From assembly GCA_036785375.1 (NCBI GenBank), contig JAWMAR010000030.1:1302001-1366000 (forward strand): 64,000 bases of DNA. Direction: 5' to 3'. The notes under the pieces are model-generated. The model worked only from the letters and a program-made list of their open reading frames with translations, was not told where the DNA came from and ran no database searches. The DNA comes from Leucoraja ocellata (Eukaryota). Both the position numbers and the translations under genes were made by a program. Of the stretch, positions 36,698-48,935 are shown piece by piece; the stretch's first letter is position 1, and the number at the start of each line of letters is the position of its first letter.

Positions 36698-38014
36698 GGG
36701 TGATTTCACGGAAGGTCACTGGAGCGTAGATCCGCACCCACGTGACCGAAAATTTGAAGTGAAGTACATGCTATACTTCCAGTACATGTTAGTGAATGGG
36801 AGAACACGCACTTTCACACCCGTTAAAAACATCGAAAACGGCCAGTTTTTGAGCTGCAATTTACTGTGCCAGTCGGGGTGACCGTGAGGCACAGCTACCT
36901 AAATTTACAGTCCAAAAAAAAGATAGAAACTAAGGTAAATTCAAGAGGGAGCTGAAGGTGCAAATCCAGCGGAAGTGATCAGCAGACATTTGTCGTGGAG
37001 ATTTAAAGATCCAAAATATCGGGAATTATCGCGTTTGCTCGCTGCATTTCATCAAAAGTAAGGCATTATTGACTTTTATCTTTATTCATTTGTTATATGA
37101 AAAGTTTTAAAAGTGAAAAATCCGTCGGTAAAATTGCAAAATCGCCCATGGTTCTCAGGTGGGTTTTAACATGCAAAATGAAAACGCTTCTGAAGCTACA
37201 TTTACCATTTAAATAATCGTAAACTATCAATGCATTTTATTATTTGCCAAAATCAGGATTGTTGACATCATTCCATGCTGCAGGCTTGTCTGTTATTAGA
37301 TGATAAAGAAATAAATAAATAAGTCGTTTCGGTGAATGTGCAGGCTTTAAACAAGAAACATTGAGAAATATATTTTGGCAAATAATAAAATGTCCTAATT
37401 TTGTCCAACTAACAGCTGACAATTATCCCATTCCTTAGCTTGCATCTGAATAAAATTTATTTCAAAACGCATTGATAGTTTACGATTATTTAAATGGTAA
37501 ATGTAGCTTCAGAAGCGTTTTCATTTTGCATGTTAAAACCCACCTGAGAACCATGGGCGATTTTGCAATTTTACTGACGGATTTTTCACTTTTAAAACTT
37601 TTCATGTAACAAATGAATAAAGATTAAAAAAGTCAATAATGCCTTACTTTTGATGAAATGCAGCGAGCAAACGCGATAATTCCCGATATTTTGGATCTTT
37701 AAATCTCCACGACAAATGTCCGTTGATCACTTCCGCTGGATTTGCACCTTCAGCTCCCTCTTGAATTTACCTTAGTTTCTATTTTTTTTTTTTTTTTTTG
37801 GACTGTAAATTTAGGTAGCTGTGCCTCACGGTCACCCCGACTGGCATAGTAAATTGCAGCTCAAAAACTGGCCGTTTTCGATGTTTTTAACGGGTGTGAA
37901 AGTGCGTGTTTTCCCATTCACTAATATGTGCCGGAAGTATAGCATGTACTCCATCCAAATTTTCGGTCACGTGGGTGCGGATCTACGCTCCAGTGACCTT
38001 TTGTGAAATCACCC
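36698..38014. mobile_element. Non-autonomous foldback DNA transposon with ~540-bp terminal inverted repeats
   Basis: 36698-37238 is the near-perfect reverse complement of 37464-38014. Termini GGGTGATTTCAC / GTGAAATCACCC are flanked by TATA on both sides. It interrupts a CR1 at GI(E)YRSK. Confidence 0.93.
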
Positions 38015-38300
38015 TATAGGAGCAAAGAGGTCCTTCTATAGTTGTACAGAGCCCTAGTGAGGCCACACCTGGAGCATTGTGTGCAGTTTTGATCCCCTCA
38101 TTTGAGGAAGGGCATTCTTGCTATTGAGGGAGTGCAGCGTAGGTTTACAAGGTTAATTCACAGGATGGCGGGACTGTCATATGTTGAGAGAATGGAGCAG
38201 CTGGGCTTGTACACTCTGGAGTTTAGATGAATGACAGGGGATCTCATTGAAACATAAGATTGTTAAGGGCTTGGGCACACATGGAGGCAGGAAACATGTT

Positions 38301-41300
38301 ACATAGAAACATAGAAAATAGTTGCAGGAAGAGGCCATTCGGCCCTTGGAGCCAGCACCGCCATTCATCGTGATCATGGCTGATCGTCCCCTATCAATAA
38401 CCCACGCCTGCCTTCTCCCCATATCCCTTGAATCCACTAGCCCCCAGAGCTCTATCTAACTCACTTAAATCCATCCAGTGATTTGGCCTCCACTGCCCTC
38501 TGTGGCAGGGAATTCCATAAATTCACAACTCTCTGGGTGAAATTTTTTTTTTCTCACCTCAGTCTTAAATGGCCTCTCCTTTATTCTAAGACTGTGGCCC
38601 CTGGTTCTGGACTCACCCGACATTGGGAACATTTTTCCTGCATTTAGCTTCTATATGTTTCTATAAGATTCCCCCCCCCCCCCCCCCACCCCCCTGTCCA
38701 TCCTCCTAAACTCCAGTGAATGCAATCCTAGTCTTTTCAATCTTTCTGCATATGACAGTCCCACCATCCCAGGGATCAATCTTGTGAACCTATGCTGCAC
38801 TGCCTTAATCACAAGGATGTCCTTCAAATTAGGAGACCAAAACTACGCAATACTCCAGATGTGGTCTTACCAGAGCCCTATACAACTGCAGAAGAACCTC
38901 TCTACTCCTATACTGAAATCCTCTTGTTATGAAGGCCGACATTCCATTAACTTTCTTCGCTGCCTGCTGTACCTGCACACCAACTTTCAGTGACCGGTGT
39001 ACAAGGACACCCAGTTCTCACTACCTCCCCCTAACCTAACCCCATTGAATAATAATCTGCCCCCTTCTTTTTGCCATCAAAGTGGATAACCTCACATTTA
39101 TCTATATTATACTGCATCTGCCCTCAACCTGTCCAGGCCACCTGCAACCACCTAACATTCTCTTCACAGTTCACACTGCCACCCAGCCTTGTGTCATCCG
39201 CAGACTTGCTAGTGTTGCTCCTAATTCCCTCTTCCAAATCATTAACATAGAAACATAGAAATTAGGTGCAGGAGTAGGCCATTCGGCCCTTCGAGTCTGC
39301 ACCGCCATTCAATATGATCATGGCTGATCATCCAACTCAGTATCCCGTACCTGCCTTCTCTCCATACCCCCTGATCCCCTTAGCCACAAGGGCCACATCT
39401 AACTCCCTCTTAAATATAGCCAATGAACTGGCCTCAACTACCCTCTGTGGCAGAGAGTTCCAGAGATTCACCACTCTCTGCGTGAAAAAAGTTCTTCTCA
39501 TCTCGGTTTTAAAGGATTTCCCCTTTATCCTTAAGCTGTGACCCCTTGTCCTGGACTTCCCTAACATCGGGAACAATCTTCCTGCATCTAGCCTGTCCAA
39601 CCCCTTAAGAATTTTGTAAGTTTCTATAAGATCCCCTCTCAATCTTCTAAATTCTAGAGAGTATAAACCAAGTCTATCCAGTCTTTCTTCACAAGACAGT
39701 CCTGACATCCCAGGAATCAGTCTGGTATATTAATATATATATATGTATGGTAAACAGTTGCGGCCCCAACACCGAGCCTTGCGGCACTCCACTCGCCACT
39801 GCCTGCCATTATGAAAAGGACCCGTTCACTCCTACTCTTTGCTTCCGGTCTGCCAACCAATTTTCTATCCATGTCAACACCCTACCCCCAATACCATGTG
39901 CTCTAATTTTAGTCACCAGTCTCCCGTGTGGGACCTTATCAATGGCTTTCTGAAAATCTAGATACACTACATCCACTGGCACCCCTTCATCCATTTTACT
40001 TGTCACATCCTCAAAAAATTCCAGATTAGTCGAGCATGATTTCCCTTTCATAAATCCACGTTGACTTGGACTAATCCTTTTACTGCTATCCAAATGCCCC
40101 ATTATTACCACTTTAATAATTGACTCCGGCATCTTTCCCACCACCTAAGTCAGGCTAACTGGTCTGTAATTCTCCGTTTTCTCTCTCGCTCCTTTCTTGA
40201 AAAGTGGGATAACATTAGCTATCCTCCAATCCACAGGAACTGATCCTGAATCTATTGAACATTGAAAAATGATCACCAATGCATCCACTATTTCTAGAGC
40301 CACCTCCCTGAGGACCCTGGGATGCCTTCTTTGTATTCCTGGCCAGCTTCCCCTCATACTTCATCTTTTCAGCCCGTATTGCCCATTTTGTTTCATTCTG
40401 TTGTCCTATGAAAGTTTCCCAATCCTCTGGCCTCCGGCTATTCTTTGCTGTGTTGTATATCTTTTCTTTTTAGTTTTATTCTATCCCTGACTTCTCTTGT
40501 CAGCCACGGTTGCCTCCTACTCCCCTTAGAATGTTTCTTCCTTTTTAGAATGAAATGATCCTGCGTCTTCCTGATTATGCCCAGAAATTCCTGCCATTGC
40601 TGTTCCACCATCATTCCTGCAAGGATCCCTTTCCTGTCTACTTTGGCCAGCTCCCCTCTCAAGCCTTCATAGTCCCCTTCATAGTCCCCTTTATTCAACT
40701 GCATTACTGCCACTTCCGATTTAACGTTCTCCTTCACAAATTGCAGATTAAAACTAATCCTATTATGATCACTACCTCCAAGCGGTTTCTTTACCTCAAG
40801 TTCTCTTATCAAATCTGGTTCATTGGACAACACTAAATCCAGAATTGCCTTTTCTCTGGTCGGCTCCATTACAAGCTGCTCTAAGAATCCATCTTGGAGG
40901 CATTCTACAAACTCTTTCTTGGGGTCCTGAACCAACCTGATTTTCCCAGTCTACCTGCATATTGAAATTCCCCATCACCACAGTGGCATTACCATAGTTA
41001 CATGCCAGTTTTAACTCCTGCTGCGACTTACACCCTACATCCGGTCTGCTATTTGGGGGCTTGTAAATAACACCAATTAGTGTATTCTTGCCTTTGCAAT
41101 TCCTCAACTCGATCCACAGTGACTCTACCTCGTCAGTCCCTATGTCTTCCCTCGCAAGGGACTGAATTCCCTCCCTCACCAGCAGAGCTACACCCCCTCC
41201 TCTGCCCACCTGCCTGTCCTATTTATAAGAAATATAACCCTGAATATTAAGTTCCCAGGCCCGATCTTCTTGCAGCCAAGTCTCAGTAATCCCCACAATG

Positions 41301-42170
41301 TCATATCTACCAACCTCTAACTGAGCCTCAAGCTCATCTACTTTACTTATACTTCGCGCATTCATATACAATACTTTTAATTCCTTACACATCTCACCTT
41401 TCACATCAATCCCTAGTACACTTGGCCATACTCTCCTATCCCTTTGTGAACTTCCTTTCTAGTTAATTCTGGGGTCATTAACTATCCCATTTGACACCCC
41501 ACCCTCCCTAATTCAGTTTAAAGCCACCCGTGTAGCAGTGGCAAACCTGCCTGCCAGGATGCTGGTCCCCCACCTGTTAAGATGCAATCCGTCCCTTTTG
41601 TACAGTTCCCCCTTACTCCAAAACAGATCCCAGTAATCTAAATCACTGCCCCCTGCACCAGTTCCAAAGCCACACATTCAGGTCATTCATCTCTCTGTTC
41701 CTGCTCTCGCCAGCATGAGGAACTGGAAGCAAATCGGAGATAACCTTGGAGGTCCTTTTTTTCGAGCTCTCTAAAGTCATGCTGCAGAGTATTCATCCCC
41801 TTCTTTCCGACATGCACCACCACTGTTTACTATGGATCTTGGCACCAGGAAGGCAGCACACCATCCTCGAATCCCGTCTGTTGCCACAGAAACCCCTGTC
41901 CGTACCTCTCACAATGGAGTCTCCAACTACAATGGAATTGCCTGACGTGGGCCTCTTTGGTTTTGGTTCAACTGCCCTTTTTGCTTCACAAGCCAGTCCG
42001 CCACTCGGTGTGATAACGTCTTCTGTCCCGACAGCTTCTAAGTGGGTGAACCTTTTCACAAGTGGTACAACACCCAGGGACCTTTGCATTCCAAGTTTCC
42101 CTCCCTTTCTCACCATCACCCACTTTCTCTCTTCCAGTATATTAGGTGTATCAATCTTTCTGTAGGACTA
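38301..42170 (-). mobile_element. Degenerate, near full-length CR1 LINE (ORF1 esterase region, APE, RT)
   Basis: ORF1 SGNH-like IVVGDSIVRGTDRGFCG...VCCLPGAK (41793..42119); APE LYMNARSI...IVGITETWL (41219..41404); RT YLDFQKAIDKVPH; (CATAGAAA)n tail at 38301; GTT at both junctions. Confidence 0.92.
39246..39728 (-). mobile_element. Young CR1 3' fragment nested in the 38301-42170 CR1
   Basis: Intact ORF 39337..39708; CATAGAAA tail; ATTAA direct repeat at 39241-45 and 39729-33. Confidence 0.9.
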
Positions 42171-42939
42171 GTTCCCGATGTTGGGGGAGTCCAGATCCAG
42201 GGGCTACAGTTTGAGAATAAGGAGTAAGCCATTTAGAACGTAGATGAGGAAACACTTTCTCGCAGAGAGTGGTGTGTCTGTGGAATTCTCTGCCTCAGAG
42301 GGAGGTGGATGCATGTTCTCTGGTTGCTTTCAAGAGAGCGCTAGATAGGGCTCTTGAAAATAGCAGTCAGGGGATATGGGGAGAAGGCAGGAACGGGGAT
42401 GATCAGCCATGATCTTATTGAATGATGGTGCTGGCTCGAAGGGCCGAATGGCCTACTCCTGCACCTTTTGTCTATTCTCTATTATCAATTGTATTGTAGG
42501 TCATACCGTGGATCTGAATGGAAAGCCCACACTGCCTGGAACCCCACGAGGTGCTCCTTAGGGAGATCATCCGAGATCTATCGGAAGGATGAAATCAGTG
42601 CAACCGGAGCTCAGATGTCATCGACTCACCGGAGACCAGTGGGCTTAACTTGGCCAGGTTGTGGACGTGATCCTGCGCGCGATCCGTCCACGGAGAGAAT
42701 TTGTCCCCTGTCCGAGAAGATGAAGTACATCTGCAACCTTCCTTCGTCCAGTACTACTAAAGGTCTGGGTAAGAGCTGCGGAATATTTTACTCCCCAAGT
42801 CTGCTGTTTGCATTTATTTCTCTATTTGTAATGCTTAATTAAGAAGCGTGCAAGTGTAGTTCAGATGAAGAATTGATTGATATGACACAAACTTGGTAGC
42901 CTGTGTCATAATTTATTAGTAATGGCATTGTGACTTAAA

Positions 42940-43545
42940 GTGCAGTAAAATAAATATTCAAGTTTATCTTCTACTGAACACCACATCCCTCCAACATGGA
43001 TCGAGGTGTGATTAGCATGTTTAATTTTTATTATCTCAACAAAACATTTGATGCTGTAATGAAGGCTACTGGTGATGGTAAAATGAGTGTTTAAAGATTT
43101 CTGGAAATGATTTAACATTAGAGACTTTAATACTTGCTTGTGATGCATGGGGCACAGTTGCTGTGTGAATGGTGTTTGATACAAACTGTGCCTGCATCTA
43201 GTGCCCGACCTGAGAGGTTTTAGGGTTGGTAATGGTCTATGTAAAACCAGAGGAAAAGATTGTTTGGCTTAGAAAGTAGGTTGCGAATAGGTGAGTTGGA
43301 AGACATGCAGGAGTTAGACTCATTAAAAAGAACTGTCGCCCCAAGATTTGCTTGACCTTAAAAGTGCGGGAACATGAAACAGAGAAGATAGAGGAGGTTG
43401 AGGTTCTTTGAAATCTAACAGCCAAGTGGTTAACAGATGCATTCTGTTTAATTGAGAGTGCTTCGGCTATTTTGGTGAAGATGATTCAAATAATGACCAT
43501 AATGCAAAAATGAGTAGAAATGTGCTTTCGGCTCTGCAATGTGAT
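42940..43545 (+). mobile_element. Degenerate pogo/Tigger transposase relic (copy 2)
   Basis: Paralogous to 33440-34045. Reads NIQVYLLLNTTSLQ then MDRGVISMFNFYYL, resembling the pogo motif V.FLPPNTTS..QPMDQGVI. Confidence 0.78.
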
Positions 43546-43839
43546 TCAGGAAACTGATGGTTGATGGGGAAATGTTGTTCTTGAACCTGGGAAGAACGAT
43601 TGTTGGGCTGCTGAACCCTGCAAGTGTAATTCAGGCCAGTTTTGATCTTCAGGCTGGGTAGAAAGTCATAATTTATCTAGCTGCATTGCAAAGTGAGGAA
43701 TAGGCCTTTATTTGATTAAATTGTTGAAGGCTGTTTGGCCATCTAGGGGTGAGAAAGGCTGGCAATGCCATCCAATAGAGGACTTGGCGGCTGAGGGCAG
43801 GCGGGTGGGTGCCAGAGAGTAGATAAAGAAGAGGAGCAT

Positions 43840-46800
43840 GTGCAATGGTAAGTACAACAAATGCTGAAAATGACACCTGAAAACCAAGGGATCTCTGGTA
43901 ATGAAGCCAATCTTGTCAGAGGACAAACACCCCATCCAAGTCAACACTAGACAAGAGGAGGAAATGACCGAGCAGGAAACATACATGGGAGGAACAGCAG
44001 CATCAGAACCCTACTGCGTATTGTCTCTGGGAAAACCAAGACATCACAACTGACCGGAAGTAGCAGGAGCTAACGACGATTGAGAACCGGTCTCCTCTTT
44101 GCAGTGTCATTGGATTCACCATCAAGGCAAAGCCAGAAGAAAGATGTCAAATAGCCTGACCAGCTCTGGGAAGACTCTGCTAGCAAGACAGAATCTCCAG
44201 GAATGATGCATCTTTTTGACTGAAGATGGAGTCATCACCAAATCAACACTGAACCAAAGAAAGCACCAGTGATGACTAGAAGGAAAAGACCCAGCGAGGA
44301 CCAAACAGGAGAGCATGAGCATCATGACTGACGCTGCTTGTTGGTGGGAAACAAGCGAAGAGGTTGAAGAGGACAAGGTATGCCATCCAAGAGAGGATTC
44401 GGCAGCTGAAGACGGGCCCGCGGTGGGTACCGGAGGTTGGATGAAGACAGGCCCTCGGTGGGTGCTGGAGGTCGGGGAGAAGACGACGAGGTGCAATTGC
44501 CAATGGAACCTACGTCAAATGCTGAAATCAACACCTGAAAGCCAAGGGATCTCTGGTAATGAAGCCTATCCTTGTCACAGAATCCACACCCAAGTCAACA
44601 CTGGATAAAATGAGGAAGGAACATATAGGGGAGGAACAGGAGCTTCGGAACCCGACTACGGATTGTCACTGGGAAAACCAAGGCATCACAATTCACCAGA
44701 AGTAGCTGGAGCAAACGACACTTGAGAACCGGTCTCCTCTTTGCAGTGTCATTGGATTCATCATCAGGGCAAAGCCAGAAGAAAGATGTCAAATCGACTG
44801 ACCAGCTCTAGGAGGACTCTGCTAGCAGGGCAGATTCTCCAGAAATCGTACATCTATTTCCTTGAAGATGGAGCCATCACCAATTCAACACAGGACAGAA
44901 CCCACACCCAAATCAACACTGGATAAAATGAGGGAGGAACAGGAGCATCAGAACCGTACTATGAATTGTCTCTGGGAAAACCAAGGCATCACAACTGACC
45001 TGAAGTAGCTGAATCTAACGACGATTGTAAACCAAGCTGGTCTCTTTGCAGTGTCATTGGATTCACCATCAGGACAAAGCCAGAAAGATGTCAAACAGCA
45101 TAACCAGCTATGGAAGGACTCGGCTAGCAAGACAGAATCTCCAGGAATGATGTATCTTTGCCTGAAGATGGAACCATCACCAATTCAACACTGAAGAAGT
45201 GAAAGCACCAGTGATGACGAGAAGGAAAAGACCCAGCCAGGACCAAACAGGAGATCAACAGCATCATAACTGACACTGCTTGTTGGTGGGAAACACAAGT
45301 GAAGAGGTTAAAGAGGAGAAGGTATGCTGTCCAAGAGAGGATTCGGCAGCTGAAGACGGGCCCGCGGTGGGTTCTGGAGGTTGGACGAAGACGAAGACGA
45401 GCAAGTGGTGGTTACGACAGCGGAAATCCAAGGGATCTCTAGTAATGAAGCCTATCGATGTCAGCAGACAGAACCCACACCCAAATCAACACTGGATAAA
45501 ATGAGGAAGGAACATACAGGAGCATCAGAACACTACTATGGATTGTCTCTGGGAAAACCAAGGCATCATAACTGACCAGAAGTAGCTGGAGCTAACGACG
45601 ATTGTGAACCAAGTTGGTTTCTTAGCAGTGTCATTGGATTCACCATCAGGACAAAGCCAGAATGATGTCAAATAGCATGACCAGCTATTGAAGGACTCTG
45701 CTAGCAAGACAGAATCTCCAGGAATGATGTATCTTTGCCTGAAGATGAAGCCATCACCAATTCAACACTGAAGAAGTGAAAGCACCAGTGATGACGAGAA
45801 GGAAAAGACCCAGCCAGGACCAAACAGGAGTTTATCAGTATCATAACTGACGCTGCTTGTTGGTGGGAAGCACAAGTGAGTATGTTAAAGAGAGCAAGGT
45901 CGTCCAAGAGAGGAATTGGCACCTGAAGACGAGCCTGCGGTGGGTGTTGGACGTCGGAGAGAAGACAGGCCCTCGGTGGGTGTTGGAGGTTGGACCAAGA
46001 AGAGGAGCAAGCGGAAAAGTTACGATAAATGACCTACTTTCGTCACCCAAGCAAGACGGTTATGGAACGAGGAAGATGGATGGGGCTGTCCAAGTGAGGA
46101 CTTGGCAGCTGAACACGGGCCCGCAGTGGGTGTTGGACGTCGGAGAGAAGACAGGCCCTCGGTGGGTGCCGGAGGTCAGGGAGAAGATGATGAGGAGCAA
46201 GTGCCAATGGAACCTACGCCAAATGCACAAAGCAACAACTGAAAGCCAAGGGATCTCTGGCAATGAAGCCCATCCTTGTCACATAATCCACACCCAAGCC
46301 AACACTGGATAAAATGAGGAAGGAACATACAGGAGCATCAGAACCCTATTATGGATTGTCTCTGGGAAAACCAAGGCATCACAACTGACCAGAAGTAGCT
46401 GGAGCTAACGACGATTGAGAACCAAGACGGTGTCATTTGAATTCACCATCGGGGCAAAGCCAGAAAGATGTCAAATAGCCTGCTAGCAAGACAGAATCTC
46501 AGGGAATGATGCACCTTTGCCTGAAAATGGAGCCATCACCAATTCAACACTGAAGAAGTGAAAGCACCAGTGATGACGAGAAGGAAAAGACCCAGCCGGG
46601 ACCAAACAGGAGTTCATCAGCATCATAACTGACAGTGCTGTTGGTGGGTAACATAAGCGAGGATGTTATAGCAAGGTGTGCCTTCCAAGAGAGGATTCGG
46701 CAGCTGAAGACGGGCCCTTGGTGGATGCCGGATGTTGGACCAAGAAGAGGAGCAAGCGGCAAAGAGTTACGACAAATGACCTACTTTCGTCCCCCAAGCA

Positions 46801-48935
46801 AGACGGTTAAGGAGCGAGGAAGACGGATGATGGTGTCCAGGTGAGGACTTGTCAGCTGAAGCAGGGCCCGCGGTGGGTACGGGAGGTTGGATGAAGACAG
46901 CCCCTCGGTGGGTGTTGGAGGTCGGAGAGAAGACGACGAGGAGCAAGTGCCAATGGTAGTTACGTCAAATGCTGAAAGCAACACCTGAAAGCCAAGGGAT
47001 CTCTGGTAATGAAGCCTATCCTTGTCACAGAATCCACACCCAAGTCAACACTGGATAAAATGAGAAAGGAACATACAGGAGAGGAACAGGAGCATCAGAA
47101 CCCAACTATGGATTGGCTCTGGGAAAACCAAGGCATCACAACTGACCAGAAGTAGATGGAGCTAACGACAATTGAGAACCAAGCTGGTCTCTTTGCAGTG
47201 TAATTGGATTCACCATCAGGGCAAAGCCAGAAAGATGTCAAATAGCCTGACCAGCTATTGAAGGACTGCTATCAAGACAATCCCCAGGAATGATGCATCT
47301 TTGCCTGAAGATGGAGCCATCACCAATTCAACTGAAGAAGTGAAAGCACCAGTGATGACGAGAAGGAAAAGACCCATCCAGGACCAAACAGGAGATCATG
47401 AACATCATAACTGACACTGCTTGTTGGTTGGAAACACAAGCGAGGAAGTTAACAAAAGCAAGATGTGCCGTCCAAGAGAGGAATCGCCAGCTGAAGATGG
47501 GCCCTCGGTGGGTGCCGGATGTTGGACGAAGATGCAGAGGAGCAAGTGCCAATGGTAGTTACGACATGCAGAACGTGACAGCGGAAAGCCAAGGGATCTC
47601 TGGTAATGAAGCCTATCCTTGTCACAGGACAGAAGCCACACCCAGCTCAACAGTGGACACAATGAGGGAGGAACAGGAGCATCAGAACTATGGATTGGCT
47701 CTCGGAATGCCAAGGCATCACAACTGACCAGAAGTAGATGGAGCTAACGGCGATTGTGAACCAAGCTGGTTTCTTTGCAGTGTCATTGGATTCACCATCA
47801 GGACAAAGCCAGAAAGATGTCAAATAGCCTGACCGGCTATGGAAGGACTCTGCTAGCAAGACAGAATCTCCAGGAATGATGCACCTTTGCCTGAAGATGG
47901 AGCCATCACCAATTCAACACTGAAGACGACGAGGAGCAAGTGCCAATGGTACCTACGTCAAACGCTGAAATCAACACCTGAAAGCCAAGGGATCTCTGGT
48001 AATGAAGCCTATCCTTGTCACAGAATCCACACCCAAGTCAACACTGGATAAAATGAGGAAGGAACATATAGGGGAGGAACAGGAGCTTCAGAACCCTACT
48101 ATGTATTGTCACTGGGAAAACGAAGGCATCACAATTCACCAGAAGTAGCTGGAGCAAACGACACTTGAGAACCGGTCTCCTCTTTGCAGTGTCATTGGAT
48201 TCATCATCAGGACAAAGTCAGAAGAAAGATGTCAAATCGACTGACCAGCTCTGGGAGGACTCTGCTAGCAGGGCAGATTCTCCAGAAATCGTACATCTAT
48301 TTCCTTGAAGATGGAGCCATCACCAATTCAACACTGAAGAAGTGAAAGCACCAGTGATGACGAGAAGGAAAAGACCCAGCCAGGACCAAACAGGAGATCA
48401 TGAGCATCATAACTAACACTGCTTGTTGGTTGGAAACACAAGCGAGGATGTTAAAGGGCGCAAGGTGTGCCATCCAAGAGAGGAATAGCCAGCTGAAGAC
48501 GGGCCCGCGGTGGGTGCTAGAGGTCGGAGAGAAGACAAAGAGGAGCAAGTGTCAATGGTACCTACGTCAAACGCTGAAAACAACACCTGAAAGCCAAGGG
48601 ATCTCTGGTAATGAAGCTTATCTTTGTCAGCGGACAGAACCCACACACAAATCAACACTGGACAAAACGAGGAAGGAACATACAGGAGCATCAGAACCCT
48701 ACTATGGATTGTCTCTGGGAAAACTAAGGCATCACAACTGACCAGAAATAGCTGGAGTTAACGACGATTGAGAACCGGTCTCCTCTTTGCAGTGTCATTG
48801 GATTCATCATCAGGGCAAAGCCAGAAGAAAGATGTCAAATCAACTAACCAGTTCTGGGAGGACTCTGCTAGCAAGGTAGTATCTCTGGGAATGACGCATC
48901 TTTTTTTACCAATGAACGGAGCCCATACTGGTCAA
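43840..48935. repeat. Complex tandem macro-repeat, about 9 modular units of ~300-800 bp
   Basis: Anchor GTGTCATTGGATTCA (or close variant) recurs at ~44104, 44745, 45051, 45628, 46429, 47198, 47780, 48189 and 48792. Anchor CCAAGGGATCTCTGGTAATGAAGCC recurs 8 times. Purine-rich plus strand, no continuous ORF. Confidence 0.93.

Larger units (their letters stand above)
36228..42480 (+). mobile_element. CR1 LINE (RT to 3' end) split into three pieces: ~36228-36697, 38015-38300 and 42171-42480
   Basis: SGVPQGSVLGP...FADD at 36277..36693 continues as YRSKEVL after 38015 and as FPMLGES after 42171. Confidence 0.88.
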
